Virus record (IMG/VR): IMGVR_UViG_3300028920_002946
Span: 96,001 to 160,000 of that record
Source: a virus
Length of the DNA: 64,000 nt
Reading direction: 5' to 3' (one strand)
The notes beneath the pieces were generated by a model, which did not search any database, had not been told where the DNA came from, and saw nothing but the letters and a program-made list of their open reading frames with translations. The position numbers were made by a program, and so were the translations under genes. Every line of letters starts with the position of its first letter. The stretch's first letter is position 1. Shown one piece after another: positions 36,935 to 44,984 of the stretch.

Positions 36935-39900
36935 ATGACCATACGATACGGCAGCGTGTGCAGCGGGATAGAGGCGGCGACGGTCGCGTGGCACCCCCTG
37001 GGGTGGGAGCCGGCCTGGTTCAGCGAAATCGAGGCGTTCCCGAAGGAGGTGCTGAGGCACCATTACCCGCACGTCCCCGACTTGGGGGACATGACCAGGA
37101 TAGCCACGGCGATCCGTGGCGGGACGGTCGAGGCCCCGGATGTGCTGGTGGGCGGGACGCCGTGCTTCACCGAGGACACGGTAGTGTTGACCAAGCGCGG
37201 GTTGCTGCCAATTAACGAGGTGGTGCCCGGAGATTGGGCGTGGACACACCAAAACAGGTGGAGAAGGGTTGTCGCCTCCATGTCGAGGCTGGCGGACACC
37301 ATCGTCCTCAAGGGACAGGGCCACCACGGCCTTGAGACGACCATGGAACACCCCTTCCTTGCCAGGGAGAAGAAATCGAGGACGACCCGAAAAAACGGCA
37401 AACCCATTCGAAAGACATGGGTAGAACCCCCTGAGTGGGTTGATGCCTATGCCATGAGCGGATCGTTTTGGGCCACGCCGAGTCACATCAACAAGATCCA
37501 AATGCCGAAGTTCAAACTCCGCAGTAGCGAAGGCCGCAATCTGCCAAACGGATTCGACGAGGACTTCTTCTGGTTTTTGGGGGCCTGGGTAGGCGATGGC
37601 TGGCTACGCACAGATCAAAGGTCTAACAGGCCAAAAGGCCAGATAAACGGGCACGTGCTTCTTTGTGGAAACAAAAAAGACCGTGAATTCCTGGAGGGCA
37701 AGATAGCCAAGACGGGCCTGTCGGCATCCGTTGCAAATGAACGAACAACTGTGCGCTTCCAGATATCGTCAAAGCCCCTCTGCCGATGGATCGAGAGGCA
37801 CTTTGGCAGATATGCCGACGGTAAGAAAATACCAGCATGGATGTTCGGGGCTCCCGAAAAAATCAGAAATGCATTCCTTGACGGATACATGTTTGCCGAC
37901 GGCGGCCGCTACACACAGCCAAAAGGCGGTGGAAAGCTGTACAGGTCCGCATCCATCAACAGGCACCTCGTGGTTGGTCTCAAGATGCTGTACGCCACCC
38001 TCGGACGCGCTTCCACTGTTGTGCGCTGCTCCCCGAAAAGGGACCTCAAGATAGAGGGTAGAAAGGTCAAGGAAAGACCGTTCTACCAGCTGTCCGTATA
38101 CGACAAGTCGCGCAGTGCGTTCTTCGCCGACGGGTTTCTGTGGGGAAAGGTGAGAAGAGTCTGTAAAGGCCGCAAAAAGATAAGAGTCTACAACATTGAG
38201 GTGGCGGACGACAATTCGTACGTCGCCGACGGGTACGTTGTACACAACTGTCAGGCGTTTTCGGTCGCGGGCCTTAGGAGGTCGCTTGACGACGAGCGGG
38301 GAAACCTGTCACTGGAGTACGTGAGGATAGCCGATGCAATTGACGACGTTCGATCTGTTCGAGGAGAACAGCCAGTCACCACCCTCTGGGAAAACGTCCC
38401 GGGGGTCCTCAACACCAAGGACAATGCCTTCGGATGCCTTTTGGGAGCACTTGCCGGCGAAGACGTGCCAATGGAACCGCCAGGGGGAAGATGGAAGAAC
38501 GCTGGTTGTGTGTTTGGACCCAAAAGGTCCATATGTTGGCGAGTACTTGATGCCCAATTTTTCGGTCTCGCCCAGAGACGCCGACGTGTGTTTGTTGTCT
38601 CAAGTGCTAGAGAGGGGTTCCGTCCACAGGAAATACTATTTGAGTTCGAAGGCGGCCGCGGGGATACTGCGCCGGGCCGAGAGGAGGGGCAAGGAGCTGC
38701 CGGGCCAGCTCAGGGCGGCGCTGGAGCAGGCGGCGCGAACACCTACGACCTGAGGGGCCACGGGGACGGCGACACGATCAACGCCCTCGTGGGCGACCAC
38801 GCCAACCGCCCCACCGACTACACCCCCGTCGTGACGCACGAGCCGGAGCCGCCCCGCGACACCGCGTCGACCCTGACGGCCCGCTACCCCGGCGCGAGCC
38901 ACCAGTGGGCGCCCCACAACGAGGCCGACAACCTCATACCCATGAAGTCGGTGCTCCCGTTCGACACCACGCAGGTGACATCCAAGTACAACTACAGCCA
39001 CCCGAAGGAGGGCGACCCGTGCCACCCGCTCGCTGCGGGCGCGCACCCGCCGGCGGTGGCCATGGGGTCGGAGACCGGGCAGGTGGCCGTGGACGTCCGC
39101 AACGGCACCCTGGGGGACACGTCGCAGACGGTGCAGTCCGGCGGGGCAAGCCCCAGCGAGAACACCATCCCGCACGTGATATCGCTGCAGGATGTCGGGG
39201 CGCGCGACAAGGCCCAGAACGGGCGCGGATGGAACGACGATGGTGTCAGCTACACGGTGGACGCCGCGGCCACGCAGGGTGTCGCCTTCGGGGCAGATCT
39301 GTCGCAGAAGGCCGAGGGGATAGGGTTCAAGGAGGAGCAGGCGCCGTGCGTGGCCCCCGGCACGCACCCCGGGCACGGGACTCATGCGATTGTACCCATG
39401 TCCGGCGAGACCGGGGCCTGCATGGCGTTCAGCTCCAAGGATGACGGACGAGACGCCTCGGAGGAGGTGTCGCCGACCCTGAGGGCCGGGGCGCACGACG
39501 GGAGCCACGCCAACAGCGGGGCCCCGCCGGCGGTCGTGACTGAGATGGAGCCGCTCGCCTTCAAGGCGGGGCAGGGTCCGAAGGCGAGGAGCCTGGGTAT
39601 AGGGGAGAACGTGTCGCCCACGCTCACCAGCGAAGACAGCGGGAACACGCGCACCCCGACCGTGGCGTTCCAGGCGTGCGGCGCCCGGGCCGACCCCGGC
39701 GTCAGCTGCAGCGAGGAGCGCGCCTACACCCTCCCGGCGAACCCGATGAGCGACCGCGGCCAGGCCGTGGCCTTCAAGTCGAGCCACTACACCAGGGGCA
39801 AGGACGGGGCGCCGTCGGAGGTCTGCCCGCCCCCGACGAAGGAGGCGGACAAGGGCGACCAGGACCCGCTCGTGCTCGCCGGCGACGAGCCGCCCGCCCG

Positions 39901-40114
39901 CAGGGTCTACCAGGTGCGCAGGCTCACTGCTCGTGAATGCGAGCGTTTGCAAGGGTTCCCGGACGACTACACCCGGATACCGTGGAGGAAAAAGGGGGCG
40001 GAGGACTGCCCGGATGGCCCCAGGTACAAAAGCCTTGGTAACAGCATGGCCGTCACGGTCATGGCGTGGATAGGCCGGAGGATAGACGCTCACCTAAAAG
40101 GCGGCACCGCATGA
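36935..40114 (+). CDS. dcm: C5-cytosine DNA methyltransferase with intein and long modular variable region
   Basis: Motif I SVCSGIEA, IV GGTP-[intein]-CQAFS, VI WENV, VIII QRRRRVF, IX VRRLTARECERLQGFPD, X YKSLGNSM. Confidence 0.92.
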   Translation: MTIRYGSVCSGIEAATVAWHPLGWEPAWFSEIEAFPKEVLRHHYPHVPDLGDMTRIATAIRGGTVEAPDVLVGGTPCFTEDTVVLTKRGLLPINEVVPGDWAWTHQNRWRRVVASMSRLADTIVLKGQGHHGLETTMEHPFLAREKKSRTTRKNGKPIRKTWVEPPEWVDAYAMSGSFWATPSHINKIQMPKFKLRSSEGRNLPNGFDEDFFWFLGAWVGDGWLRTDQRSNRPKGQINGHVLLCGNKKDREFLEGKIAKTGLSASVANERTTVRFQISSKPLCRWIERHFGRYADGKKIPAWMFGAPEKIRNAFLDGYMFADGGRYTQPKGGGKLYRSASINRHLVVGLKMLYATLGRASTVVRCSPKRDLKIEGRKVKERPFYQLSVYDKSRSAFFADGFLWGKVRRVCKGRKKIRVYNIEVADDNSYVADGYVVHNCQAFSVAGLRRSLDDERGNLSLEYVRIADAIDDVRSVRGEQPVTTLWENVPGVLNTKDNAFGCLLGALAGEDVPMEPPGGRWKNAGCVFGPKRSICWRVLDAQFFGLAQRRRRVFVVSSAREGFRPQEILFEFEGGRGDTAPGREEGQGAAGPAQGGAGAGGANTYDLRGHGDGDTINALVGDHANRPTDYTPVVTHEPEPPRDTASTLTARYPGASHQWAPHNEADNLIPMKSVLPFDTTQVTSKYNYSHPKEGDPCHPLAAGAHPPAVAMGSETGQVAVDVRNGTLGDTSQTVQSGGASPSENTIPHVISLQDVGARDKAQNGRGWNDDGVSYTVDAAATQGVAFGADLSQKAEGIGFKEEQAPCVAPGTHPGHGTHAIVPMSGETGACMAFSSKDDGRDASEEVSPTLRAGAHDGSHANSGAPPAVVTEMEPLAFKAGQGPKARSLGIGENVSPTLTSEDSGNTRTPTVAFQACGARADPGVSCSEERAYTLPANPMSDRGQAVAFKSSHYTRGKDGAPSEVCPPPTKEADKGDQDPLVLAGDEPPARRVYQVRRLTARECERLQGFPDDYTRIPWRKKGAEDCPDGPRYKSLGNSMAVTVMAWIGRRIDAHLKGGTA
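37163..38248 (+). mobile_element. Intein (362 aa) with LAGLIDADG endonuclease at the MTase catalytic Cys
   Basis: CFTEDTVVL start, TTMEHPF block B, FLGAWVGDG and FLDGYMFADG, ends YVVHN before Cys+1 of PCQ. Confidence 0.93.
38334..38753 (+). CDS. Overlapping +1-frame ORF inside dcm (putative accessory MTase polypeptide)
   Basis: GAGGA RBS 6 nt before ATG; 139 codons open in +1 frame; C-terminus LLSQVLE..V.RKYYLS..AAGILRRAERRGKELP resembles the post-motif-VIII segment of C5-MTases. Confidence 0.6.
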   Translation: MQLTTFDLFEENSQSPPSGKTSRGSSTPRTMPSDAFWEHLPAKTCQWNRQGEDGRTLVVCLDPKGPYVGEYLMPNFSVSPRDADVCLLSQVLERGSVHRKYYLSSKAAAGILRRAERRGKELPGQLRAALEQAARTPTT

Positions 40115-40281
40115 GCAATTATGCCTTAGAGAGCGTCTTGGCGAGGGAGTACACCAAGAAAACAGGCCGGGAGGCTTACGAATTGGTGCAGGATTGGCGA
40201 CAGAGGCAACTGTGGTACCCCTCCATGCGATACGTGGTATGGCTCGAGAGCAAACTCCGCAAGGCAGGGAAGGCAAAATGA
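40111..40281 (+). CDS. Small hypothetical protein
   Basis: ATGA-coupled to dcm stop. Confidence 0.55.
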   Translation: MSNYALESVLAREYTKKTGREAYELVQDWRQRQLWYPSMRYVVWLESKLRKAGKAK

Positions 40282-40832
40282 GGATACCCGGGCCCGTCCA
40301 TTCCATGTACAAGAACGAGCGCGACTACGAGTCGGCCGTGGAGGCCTTGGACAGGTTCATGGGCGAGAGGGCCGAGGTGCCGTCCGAGGACGCCGCGGAC
40401 CACCTCAAGGGGGTCGTCGGCTACGCGTGCCGCAGCCACCTCGTCGAGATAGCCATGAGGGACAGGCGCTTCATGATGAACGGCGACGAGACCGTCAAGA
40501 GGCGCATCATCAAGGATGTGCGGCCGCCCGAGACCCTGTGGTTCGGCACGGTCCTTGGCATGGTGGACTCGTTCGTGAGGAACGGGGCGTCCAGCAAGAC
40601 CAAGGGGTACATAAAGGTCCACGGGACCCCGGGGGCGGCCCTCATCCACGCCAGGCGGTACAAGATGCGCGGGCGCATGGCGGCCGTCAAGGTGGACGCC
40701 GAGGCCATGGTGGCGGACGGCAAGAGGTTCACCATGTACGAGGACGGTGTCTACTGCGTGAGGAGCATAGAACCGGGGTACTTCGTGAGGCTCGACGGAG
40801 GACCCGTGATCGAAATGGAGAGCCCGTACTAG
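40278..40832 (+). CDS. Degenerate Tpt1/KptA (RNA 2'-phosphotransferase)-like protein
   Basis: PPETLWFGT...NG...YIKVH...VKVDAEAMVADGKRF...DGVYCVRSIEPGYF parallels the KptA C-terminal lobe, with HGT changed to FGT. Confidence 0.65.
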   Translation: MRIPGPVHSMYKNERDYESAVEALDRFMGERAEVPSEDAADHLKGVVGYACRSHLVEIAMRDRRFMMNGDETVKRRIIKDVRPPETLWFGTVLGMVDSFVRNGASSKTKGYIKVHGTPGAALIHARRYKMRGRMAAVKVDAEAMVADGKRFTMYEDGVYCVRSIEPGYFVRLDGGPVIEMESPY

Positions 40833-40871
40833 GGCGCCGCCGGGGCACTTCCACGGAAAGGGGGACGTTTC

Positions 40872-41120
40872 ATGCTCAAACTGAAGGCTTTCGTCTTGAT
40901 TTTCCCGCTTATCGGGTTCGTGGTGGCTTCCACGCAATGGGCGTTCATGGACGCGGCCTGCATGTCCGCGCTGACGGCGATATGGCGCGGGATCTGCGTG
41001 GGGGTCGTGTGCGTCGTCGGCGCGGCTCTGCTCCTGGTCCTCTACGGGATGTTCAGGAAGGGGTTGGACTTGGCCGAGGAGGCCAAGAGGAGAAAGAGGG
41101 AGAAGCGGCGGAAACGTTGA
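40872..41120 (+). CDS. Small two-TM membrane protein
   Basis: Two hydrophobic stretches and a highly basic C-terminus. Confidence 0.6.
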   Translation: MLKLKAFVLIFPLIGFVVASTQWAFMDAACMSALTAIWRGICVGVVCVVGAALLLVLYGMFRKGLDLAEEAKRRKREKRRKR

Positions 41121-41177
41121 CACGTGGGCACGGTGCGCAAGTTCCGTGACAAAGGGCAATAAAGGGGCAATAGGGGT

Positions 41178-43463
41178 TTGGACACGATAAAAGGCGTGGT
41201 GCAGAGGATAGTGTACGAGGCGGGCTCCAGCGACTTCAAGGTCTTCAGGCTGCGCCGCAAGGACAGATCGATCATATCGGTGACGGGCGACTTCCCGAGC
41301 CTGATACAGGGCGCCGCCATCGAGGTGCACGGCAACTTCAAGACCCACCCGAAGTACGGCGTGGGGTTCAAGGCCGACGCCCACACGCACACGCACGACG
41401 GGTCGGCGAGGGGGATGTGCCTGTACCTGATGTCGATCGCCAAATTCGTGGGTCCGGACAAGTCCGCGAGGCTCGCGGAGCACTTCGGGGAGGGCCTCGA
41501 GAAGGTCATCGAGAGCGAGCCGGACAGGCTCACGGAGGTCGAAGGCATCGGCCCGGGCGTGGCGTCGAGCATCGTCGAGGCTTGGGCCATGAACAAGACG
41601 CTCAAGGATGTCAAGATATTCCTGCACGGCCTCGGGCTGACCGACAGGCGCATCCGCAGGATACTGACGTCGTACGGGCCCGACAGCGAGAGTATTTTGA
41701 AGGAGGACCCCTGGAGCCTGACCGTGCACGGGTTCGGGTTCGGGACGTGCGACCACATCGCGCAGAGGCTCGGCAAGGACAGGGGCGATCCGCTGCGCTG
41801 GCGCGGGTTCACGGTTCACGCGCTCGCGAAGTGCTCCGGGGCGGGCCACCTGTTCCTGACCCGCGACAACCTCATCGCCGCCTACAACCAATACAGCACC
41901 GCGTCGCAGTGGCCGTTCATGGACGGGGAGATACTGTGGGGGCACATCGAGCCGCACATCGGGTCCGCCGTGTCCCTCGGCATGGTGGTCGTCGACGGCC
42001 CGCGGCTGTACGGCACCCCCTCGTTTTTCCACGAGAGCGAGTCGGCCCGCCTCGTCCACAAGATGCTCTCCACGGACGGGAAGCTGGACCTGGGCAGGGT
42101 AAACCCCGACAAGTTCATCGGGAAATACGAGGAGCTGGAGGGCATCACCCTCTCGGACGCGCAGCGGGACGCCGTCCGCTCCTTCCTGACCGACAAGATG
42201 CTCATCATCACGGGCGGCCCGGGGACGGGCAAGACGACCATAGTCCGCGCCCTTGTGTCCATCCTGAGCATGCTCAACGCCTCCTTCGAGCTGCTGACGC
42301 CGACGGGCATCTCCGCGAAGAAGCTCGGCACGACGGCGGGGTGCCCGGCCTACACGATACACCGGCGGCTCGGCTACAAGGGGGATCGGTGGGACTTCAA
42401 CGCCCTCGTCAAGTACCCGACGCAGGCCGTCATAGTCGACGAGACGTCCATGGTGGACCAGGAGGTGCTGTACAGGCTGCTGTCGGCGCTCCTGCCGTCC
42501 ACGAAGATCGTGTTCGTCGGCGACAACGACCAGCTCCCGTCCGTCGGCCCGGGGTCGGTGCTGCGGGAGCTGATCGAGTCGGGGTGCGTCAAGACGATAT
42601 TCCTGGACAAGATATTCAGGCAGGAGCGCCAGTCGGACATCATCAAGGCGGCGAAGAGGATACGCGACGGGGACCCCGACCTGTCCCTGTTCAAGGCCGA
42701 CAAGGCGGCCGACATATGGCTCGTCCGGGGCAGGGACCACTCGGCGCTGGAGAGGACGGTCGTGTCGCTGGCGACGCAGATCATGGCGCACAACCGGGCC
42801 TCCGCGGACAAGAAGCACTTCCAGATCATAACGCCTCGCAACAGCGGCCCGCTGAGCGTGGACTCCCTGAACGAGGCCCTGCAGGCGGCCCTGAACCCGC
42901 CGTCGCCCGACAAGAAGGAGTTCATGGTGAACCGGGTTCCGATACGCAAGGGCGACCGGGTCATCGTGAAGAAGAACAACTACCAGCTGGAGGTGTTCAA
43001 CGGCGACATCGGCAAGGTGGCGTTCGTGACGCCCGACCACGTGACCGTGGACATAGAGGATTACAACGATGCGACCCGGCGAGTGGACATACCGATGCGC
43101 GAGGCCGACGAAATGCTGCGGATGGCGTATGCCATAACGGTGCACCGGGCGCAGGGCCTGGAGTACCCGCTGGTGATCATGCCGTTCGTGCAGGCCCACG
43201 GCCGCATGCTCCTGCAGCGCAACCTCCTCTACACGGCCTTGACGCGCGCAAAGCGCAAGGTCATAGTGCTGGGGCAGGCGAGCGCCTTGGAGAAGGCGAT
43301 AGCGAACGACAGGATACAGCGCAGGAACACCCTCCTCGCGGAGCGCATCAGGCAGTGGGGGAGGGGCGAGGGGCGCACGCTTCGGTCGCTGTTCCCGAAC
43401 CCGGAGGATTACAGAGCGGCCGAAACCCTGAAAAGGCTGCTTTCGTACGAGGCAAACTCCTGA
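41178..43463 (+). CDS. recD2: RecD2/TraA-like SF1B helicase
   Basis: N-terminal OB/HhH region, ITGGPGTGKTT, VIVDETSM, VGDNDQLPSVG, YAITVHRAQG, LLYTALTRA. Confidence 0.93.
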   Translation: MDTIKGVVQRIVYEAGSSDFKVFRLRRKDRSIISVTGDFPSLIQGAAIEVHGNFKTHPKYGVGFKADAHTHTHDGSARGMCLYLMSIAKFVGPDKSARLAEHFGEGLEKVIESEPDRLTEVEGIGPGVASSIVEAWAMNKTLKDVKIFLHGLGLTDRRIRRILTSYGPDSESILKEDPWSLTVHGFGFGTCDHIAQRLGKDRGDPLRWRGFTVHALAKCSGAGHLFLTRDNLIAAYNQYSTASQWPFMDGEILWGHIEPHIGSAVSLGMVVVDGPRLYGTPSFFHESESARLVHKMLSTDGKLDLGRVNPDKFIGKYEELEGITLSDAQRDAVRSFLTDKMLIITGGPGTGKTTIVRALVSILSMLNASFELLTPTGISAKKLGTTAGCPAYTIHRRLGYKGDRWDFNALVKYPTQAVIVDETSMVDQEVLYRLLSALLPSTKIVFVGDNDQLPSVGPGSVLRELIESGCVKTIFLDKIFRQERQSDIIKAAKRIRDGDPDLSLFKADKAADIWLVRGRDHSALERTVVSLATQIMAHNRASADKKHFQIITPRNSGPLSVDSLNEALQAALNPPSPDKKEFMVNRVPIRKGDRVIVKKNNYQLEVFNGDIGKVAFVTPDHVTVDIEDYNDATRRVDIPMREADEMLRMAYAITVHRAQGLEYPLVIMPFVQAHGRMLLQRNLLYTALTRAKRKVIVLGQASALEKAIANDRIQRRNTLLAERIRQWGRGEGRTLRSLFPNPEDYRAAETLKRLLSYEANS

Positions 43464-44983
43464 TGCCCGGCGTGTACTACAACGAGATAGATCCCAAGGC
43501 CGCCGCATGGTTGAGGCAGCTAATGGAGGACGGTCTGATACCCAGGGGGGTAGTCGATGAACGAAGCATCGCGGAGGTTGGAGACGATGAACCTCTTCGA
43601 TACACCCAATGCCACTTCTTCGCAGGCATCGGGGGGTGGGCAAGGAGCCTCCGGCTCGCGGGGTGGCCGGAGGACAGGCCAATCTGGACAGGGTCGTGCC
43701 CCTGCCAGCCGTTCTCGAACGCCGGTAAGCGAAAAGGTGCGGGCGATTCGCGCCACCTCTGGCCAGAGTTCTTCCGCCTCATCGAGGAGTGTCGACCTCC
43801 AACTGTCGTTGGAGAGCAGGTTGCGAGCGCGGATGGGCGCCTCTGGCTCGCCGGAGTACGGGCTGATCTGGAGACATTGGGATATGGCGTTGGGGGCGCC
43901 GATCTGTGCGCTGCGGGGGTCGGTGCCCCGCACATCAGGCAACGGCTCTGGTGGGTCGCAGACTCCGACGGCGGGGGCCCAGCGCAAGAGCAGGCGGGCG
44001 ATAATGAAGTCGGTGGACAACGGCCGGAGGTCGGGCGGCGGTCAGTCAAGCTCGCCGGGCCTGGGGCAGGGGGCGGAGCCGACCAGGGGGAAGTCGGGGC
44101 TGCAGGACGCGGCGGGGTGGCCCACGCCACAGACGTACGACGTGGGCGAGGCCCGCAAGGACAGAATGCCAGGGCAGATGCCGACCCACTCGTATCGTTG
44201 GAATCTGAAGGATGCGGCGCAGATAGTGGACAACAGGGCCGGGTGGCGGTCCCCAAATCTCGGGAGCGGGATAACGCTGGACAGGCTGGTGACGAAGGAC
44301 GGGGAGCCGTGGACTCCGGGTCAGAGGGCCTACGACAAGGACACGGGAAGGCTGTGCGAGGTGGGCCTGGACCAGGAGGTGCAGCTGGCGGGGTGGCTCA
44401 GCCCGCAGGCGGACGACTCGAGAGGGGTCGGCGGGGCCGGGAGCAGGGAGAACCACCAGTCGATGCTCCACCACCAGGTGCAAAAGGCGGAGGGCGCGGC
44501 GGGGTGGCCGACGGCCCGGGCGACGGATTCGATAGTCCGGCACAGCCAGCGGTGGATGAGGAAGCGGATCGAGGAGCACAGGGACGTGGATTTGACGACG
44601 ATGGCGAACACGGCGGGGTATCCGACGCCGAGGACGGTGACGGGCGGCCCCGAGAGCGGAGAGAGGAAAAAGGAGCTGGGGAGGACGAAGAGCGGCGGGG
44701 GCGACCTGCAGTCGGCGGCGCTCCTGTTTGGAACGGGCCAACCGAGTGGCACATCTGCTCAGACGGGAAGGCCAGGAGGATTCCGGCTCAATCCGTTCTT
44801 CGCGGGGTGGATGATGGGATACCCGAGGGAATGGACCTTTTCGGGGCTGAGGGCTGTTACCCGCTCGCCCGGAAAATCGAAGGGCGGTCGCCAATCCTCA
44901 AAGGGTACGGCAACGCGATAGTGCCGCAGGTCGGCGCGGAGTTTGTCATGGCCTATTTGGAAACGACCGAAAGCGCGAGGTAG
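43463..44983 (+). CDS. C5-MTase alpha-type subunit 1 (M.EcoHK31I-like)
   Basis: YYNEIDP, HFFAGIGGW, GSCPCQPFS, GEQV, HIRQRL, long G/R/E-rich linker, LKGYGNAIVPQV; no motif IX in this frame. Confidence 0.88.
   Translation: MPGVYYNEIDPKAAAWLRQLMEDGLIPRGVVDERSIAEVGDDEPLRYTQCHFFAGIGGWARSLRLAGWPEDRPIWTGSCPCQPFSNAGKRKGAGDSRHLWPEFFRLIEECRPPTVVGEQVASADGRLWLAGVRADLETLGYGVGGADLCAAGVGAPHIRQRLWWVADSDGGGPAQEQAGDNEVGGQRPEVGRRSVKLAGPGAGGGADQGEVGAAGRGGVAHATDVRRGRGPQGQNARADADPLVSLESEGCGADSGQQGRVAVPKSRERDNAGQAGDEGRGAVDSGSEGLRQGHGKAVRGGPGPGGAAGGVAQPAGGRLERGRRGREQGEPPVDAPPPGAKGGGRGGVADGPGDGFDSPAQPAVDEEADRGAQGRGFDDDGEHGGVSDAEDGDGRPRERREEKGAGEDEERRGRPAVGGAPVWNGPTEWHICSDGKARRIPAQSVLRGVDDGIPEGMDLFGAEGCYPLARKIEGRSPILKGYGNAIVPQVGAEFVMAYLETTESAR
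43577..43659 (+). repeat. 83-bp exact direct repeat, copy 1
   Basis: Identical to 45099-45181; spans the beta start codon and motif I. Confidence 0.9.
43587..44921 (+). CDS. C5-MTase beta-type subunit 1 in +1 frame with about six G[WY]PT[PA]-type modules
   Basis: GGAGG RBS 9 nt before ATG; modules QTPTA, GWPTP, GWRSP, GWLSP, GWPTA, GYPTP; motif-IX-like RLNPFFAGWMMGYPREW. Confidence 0.8.
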   Translation: MNLFDTPNATSSQASGGGQGASGSRGGRRTGQSGQGRAPASRSRTPVSEKVRAIRATSGQSSSASSRSVDLQLSLESRLRARMGASGSPEYGLIWRHWDMALGAPICALRGSVPRTSGNGSGGSQTPTAGAQRKSRRAIMKSVDNGRRSGGGQSSSPGLGQGAEPTRGKSGLQDAAGWPTPQTYDVGEARKDRMPGQMPTHSYRWNLKDAAQIVDNRAGWRSPNLGSGITLDRLVTKDGEPWTPGQRAYDKDTGRLCEVGLDQEVQLAGWLSPQADDSRGVGGAGSRENHQSMLHHQVQKAEGAAGWPTARATDSIVRHSQRWMRKRIEEHRDVDLTTMANTAGYPTPRTVTGGPESGERKKELGRTKSGGGDLQSAALLFGTGQPSGTSAQTGRPGGFRLNPFFAGWMMGYPREWTFSGLRAVTRSPGKSKGGRQSSKGTATR

Positions 44984-44984
44984 G

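Noticed and set aside
40872-41120. Holin call for the two-TM protein (also 45859..46233)
   Set aside because: No endolysin nearby and both sit in replication/methylase operons; topology alone is insufficient.
41417-43462. Apparent 682-aa N-terminal extension of MTase alpha 1 overlapping recD2 (ORF 41417..44983)
   Set aside because: It is the +2 frame of recD2, naturally open in GC3-rich DNA; R/G/P-rich nonsense; the real start is the TGATG-coupled ATG at 43463.
40176-43682. 1168-aa minus-strand ORF
   Set aside because: Antisense shadow of the helicase and neighbours.
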